From: Octopus sinensis
Lineage: Eukaryota
Assembly (NCBI RefSeq): GCF_006345805.1
Contig: NC_043010.1
Span: forward strand, 38,502,001-38,566,000
DNA length: 64,000 bases
Reading direction: 5' to 3'
Below are positions 59,249-64,000 of the stretch, piece by piece. The notes below the pieces were generated by a model. The model was not told where the DNA came from. It searched no databases and saw only the letters and a program-made list of their open reading frames with translations. A program made the position numbers and the translations under genes. Position 1 is the stretch's first letter. Each line of letters opens with the position of its first letter.

Positions 59249-61849
59249 GTTAGTAAAAAAAAAATATATATATTTATACCTCTTTCAGTAAAACTTAAAA
59301 AGTTCGGCTTAAAAGAAAATCTAAGAGCTTAACACAACGTAATAAATAAATAAATAAATGAAAAAGGCGGCTAAATTCTTTGGACTTGAATCAGGTTTAG
59401 AGCTGTTAATAAATAAGAATGCATTTTTGTACTGAAATATATTTTGTTAAAATTATTAATTAACAATTACTAAACATCGAAAAGAAATTATAAGGTGACT
59501 TAAAAGAGTGGGGGGGAAAAGGTGTAAAAAGTTTTCTGTTGTTGTTTTTTTCAATCTTTCAAAGTAGAATTAAGTTGCTTAAAGGATTATCTAATTATTG
59601 GAAAATTGTATAAAAAATTCTAAATTATATTATTATTAATTTTTTTTGAGAACTCCACATCTCAGGTTTTGTATATCAAACTTAAGAATTACCGTTCACG
59701 ATTTTCTGCCTTCTCACGTATTTCACAAAACATTTATTAAAAACAGATGTTTTAGTAATTTTTCAAGCTTTATGACATCAAGCCTTAAAAATGTAGTATA
59801 TACACATGCCAACATTTTAAGAAATGTAACCAGATTAACGCCCCATGCTTGTATGGTTGGTTTATACGTCATACCTATACAAATGTGCCCCTTTCATCAA
59901 CTTTATAATTGGAATTTACACAACCTGAGGCGTATTTGTAGAAAATTTAATTAAAAAAATATCAATTTTCATGAAAGTTATGTAGAATCAAAGTCGGGGG
60001 CGGGGACACATTTGTATCGGTATGTCGTTTACTCTTTTACTCTTTTCAGTCATTTGACTGCGGCTATGCTGGAGCACCGCCTTTAATCGAGCAACTCGAC
60101 CCCGGGACTTATTCTTTTGTAAGCTCAGTACTTATTCTATCGGTCTCTTTTGCCGAACCGCTAAGTTACAGGGATGTAAATACACCATCATCGGTTGTCA
60201 AGCGATAGTGGGGGGACAAACACAGACACACAAACACACACACGCATATATATATATATATATATACACATATATACGACGGGCTTCTTTCAGTTTCCAT
60301 CTACCAAATCCACTCACAAGGCTTTGGTCGGCCCGAGGCTATAGTAGAAGACACTTGCCCAAGGTGCCACGCAGTGGGACTGAACCCGGAACCATGTGGT
60401 TGGTAAACAAGCTACTTACCACATAGCCACTCCTACGCCTATTTTGTACATAAATTTTTAAAATTGAAAGTATAAATAAGAAAGAAGAGAAACCATTATG
60501 GGTTAAACTAATACACTGTCAGTCAGTCGCCTTTTTAGAAATACCAGTTAAATCTTCCTCGTATTTCACTATTTTTAATTAAGAAATCAATAAATGGATA
60601 TTCTGAACCAGCCATAAGCAGACTTGAGCACGCAAGACTTTCTCAATGGTATGCCAACGAAAAATAACTTTGAATTTTAATTTTTTTTTAGTAGTGTGGC
60701 CCGCCTAATGATGAGTCAAATCTTGTGCGACCCGTTTCTTGAAAAAGGTTGCGTTATGCTTGTTCTTGACCCTGGTATTCAAAAAGACAGAATGGTCAAG
60801 CTTAGAACACCTTGATCATATATTTGCTGGGCTAAACTTCGACAATTGATAACCGAAGCATGCATAACCGTCATATTAAATAAAATGAGGAAAAACACTA
60901 AATGGAAATTGTTGGCAGAATTTTGGTTTAAGCACTCCATATAACCCCTAATAATATTTTTTTGGGGGGAATTTTCAGTAAAGTTTTAGGAATTTCATAA
61001 TTATGAATTTCATATGATTATGCAAAACACCTAGGGCAAGTGTCTTCAACTATAGCCTCGGGCCGACCAAAGCCTTGTGAGTGGATTTTGGTAGACGGAA
61101 AGTGAAAGAGCCCGCCCTATATATGTATATATATATATGTGTGTGTGTGTATGTTTGTGAGTCTGTGTTTTTCCCCCCCCAACATCGCCTGATAACTGAT
61201 GCTGGTGTGTTTACGTCCCCGTAACTTAGCGGTTCGGCAAAAGAGACCGATAGAATAAGTACTAAGCTTCCAAAGAATAAGTCCTGGGGTTGTTTGCTCG
61301 ACTAAAGGCAGTGCTCCAGCATGGCCACAGTCAAATGACTGAAACTAGTAAAAGAGTAAATTCCTCCACTTAAGTCCTAAAATTTCCACTCTTTTTCGAA
61401 CTTTTCTTTAAAAAATCAGAGTTTGAAATACGTACAGTTCGAATTTTTGCTTAAATCCCAGCAACGGAGGAAGTTCAGTCTTATATATATATATATATAT
61501 ATATACACGAGCAAAACGCCCCCCCGTCCAATGGACGGTGCTGAATTCTAACATTTAAACCAAATTTTCTCAGAACAACTTGTCTGACTGTCCCATAAGC
61601 CTCCCCTTTGAGAAACACTGATTTAACCTAAATTTGAGACACCAGCAAAATAAGAAAAAAGATTGACTTTTTTCTATTTCAAGAAAAACGATTTTACGTG
61701 AGACCATAACCCATGGCCTCAGTCCACTTATGCATACCTTTCCTTCTTGGGACACAAAACTCTACTTGTGAAGACCTGTTGAGGCAAGTGAAAATCAAAA
61801 TCAAAATCGATCAACATCAACATCAATCATTCCCACCTACTTAACAATT

Positions 61850-62280
61850 ATATTTCTAGCTCTGCCTTGAAGGAAGCTTTACTTTTTTTGACTCACGTTT
61901 TTGTGTTCAACGATGTTGTTAAACCTCCGTTAACAGCACTGTATGCAGGTCCTTTCCGTTTTCTTTCATGTATGGAAAAATTTTTCACTATAGACCTTAA
62001 TGGTCGTAAAGACACTATATCAGTGGATAGACTGAAAAAGGCCTTCATAGAGAAAACGGTCCCTGTTCCCACTGCAGACAACACACACACAACATTAGAA
62101 ACATGGCCCGCACACCCACCTTCACATTCCATGACTGGATTATTTTTCCTGTTTTTTTACTTAATTTTTGAGAGCGGTCAGGTTCACTTTTTTAGTATTC
62201 TCATTTGTGAGAGCAGTTAAGTTTATTTCAGATATTCTCACTTTAAAAATCATCTCTGGCTAGTCGTTGAGGGGACATTG
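61850..62280 (+). mobile_element. Ty3/Gypsy integrase C-terminal (GPY/F) relic in ERI1 intron 1
   Basis: VFVFNDVVKPPLTALYAGPFRF...LNGRKDTISVDRLKKAF; downstream SGQVHF and a purine-rich gagggg. Confidence 0.72.
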
Positions 62281-62364
62281 GTATTGCTTTGGTGAAGGTC
62301 TGTGCTCTCTGAGTGCTTTTATTATTATTGTTAATATTATTATTTTTTTTCCCCAATATTTCAG

Positions 62365-62501
62365 AAAAGCCGATCAAAACAAGCTGATTCGACATTTCCT
62401 GAACATGTATTCAAAAGGCTGTCTCGGATCAATGGGGCTATAAACAAAATGACCAAATCTGAGCTTCTGAAGAAGGTCCATGACTTACAATTGGATTCAA
62501 G
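62365..62501 (+). CDS. ERI1: ERI1-like exoribonuclease, exon 2 (start of SAP domain); gene continues beyond the window
   Basis: HVFKRLSRINGAINKMTKSELLKKVHDLQLDSR aligns to the human ERI1/3'hExo SAP region as recalled (PVYKEIAITNGCINRMSKEELRAKLSEFKLETRG); CAG/GTAAGT. Confidence 0.82.
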
Positions 62502-64000
62502 GTAAGTTGAAAGTTGCAGAATACAAAGGAATGGGTATTTAGTATTGATTTTTGCCCTTCTAAGGTGGTGAACTGGCAGAATCGTTAGCACATCAGGTAA
62601 AACAGCTACCAGCTTATTATATCCTTAGGTTTTGGATATAGACTACACTATAACCATGTTATAATACCACAAAAACTAAATCAGTAACAAACACATAACA
62701 AACTTATATCTCTTCTCAATGACTTCTACGACTGCCTTCACAATAGCGACTGCACACCCCACACTGTACGTCACACAGTTAGTACGCATGTGCCTTTATA
62801 AGGTTTAGGACTGTTCACTTGCTATCCCACAGGGGTGTCAGGATTTCACAGCAACGCAGTTGAACAACAGGGTTGATATAATTGACTTACCACCTTACCT
62901 GAAATTGCTGGCCTTGTGCTTAAATTTGAACGTATTAATTAGATTTATCTGGGATAGAGATGGTGTATTCTCTGGGAAAATTGGTAGTGCCACAGAGAAA
63001 ATTGCAGTATTTTGTTCAGTCTTTTATTCTGGTTTTCTGTCACAGTAAGAAATTGTAAGGATTTTGGGTTGACACAGTTGTTAGAGTGGTATTTCTTTAT
63101 GCTTTTTACATGTTGAGTTCAAATCCTTCTGAGGTCAACTTTGCTTTTCATTTTTTTTTTGAGTTGATAGAATAAAGTACCAGTCAAATACCATGGTTGA
63201 TGTTATTGTCTAACTCCTTTCCTTCAAAATTGCTGGCCTTGTGTCGCAATCAGAATTAATTTATTTTGAGAGTTGGCCGTGGGGACATATTACCTTGCTT
63301 GGAAACAAGTGATGGTTGGTACCGGGAAAGTTGTCCACCTATAGAAAAAAAAATCTACCTCAGCAAATTGTCTGACCCATGCAAGCATGGAAAAGTGGAC
63401 ATTAATACAACAATGTGGATAATGATGATGTTCCAAGTTTGGTTGTTTTAGTCATGTTTGGGTCATAGTAGACTTAGGTCTTCTTCAGGTGCTGGTCTTA
63501 TGGGATAACGTTGTAAGTCTTTTGAATCGAACCCTTTATTAAATCAATTGGGCATAAATTTCATTCCATAATATACATTCCATTATCCTTACCAGAGATA
63601 TTCTCTTATTTAGTTGTTCAGCAACTGTTATTAAAATTATAATTTTCCTGATTGACAACCCTGGCCTTTAGAATCTATCTTACAATATTTAACCCACACT
63701 GTCATCCAACCCATGTCACTGTTCAACCCATGCCAGCATGGACAAAGGATGATTGGTGATGATGATGATGATGACCATGTGTCAGTTTACTATCTTTGTC
63801 ATACCTTAGTTTTCCTATTTACCTGCATAGTCACAAACCGTTTTTGGAATGAGGAACATGTATATGTACACTCACCACTGGCTTAGTGGTTAAGGGCTGT
63901 ACTATCCTTTCTTTTTGAAATTGACGCTCCTAGATTGAACCCATGTTTACATCACCATCATTTAATGTCTGTTTTCCATGCTAGCATGGGTTGGACGGTT

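Noticed and set aside
62617-62830. Solo LTR
   Set aside because: TG...CA ends and a TSD could not be defined with confidence.

Overview
Eukaryotic, AT-rich, repeat-dense animal DNA, most likely an octopod cephalopod (Octopus sp.). That assignment is inferred from the SINE families and was not confirmed by a search. The window holds one complete 26-exon kinesin-5 gene (KIF11/Eg5, + strand, CDS 1713-49686, 1040 aa by my manual splicing, all introns GT-AG and phase-consistent). It also holds the first two coding exons of a 3'-5' exoribonuclease ERI1-like gene (+ strand, from 59108). Nearly everything else is transposon-derived: several tRNA-derived SINE families, RTE, CR1 and RLE-type LINE fragments, piggyBac, Tc1 and MULE/Merlin-type MITEs, a Helentron-like element and a Gypsy integrase relic. 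The most notable findings are: (1) a tRNA-headed SINE carrying a Penelope-type minimal hammerhead ribozyme, inserted as an inverted dimer with a 12-bp TSD, plus a second hammerhead-bearing palindromic family; (2) an RTE LINE with a 5' inversion (twin-priming-like) and a 15-bp TSD; (3) a SINE and a CR1 LINE with a shared 3' tail joined tail-to-tail; (4) a vertebrate-like CCAAT/CHR G2/M promoter; (5) long intronic fold-backs that could be ADAR substrates. All coordinates were read by eye, and repeat boundaries are approximate unless a TSD is given.
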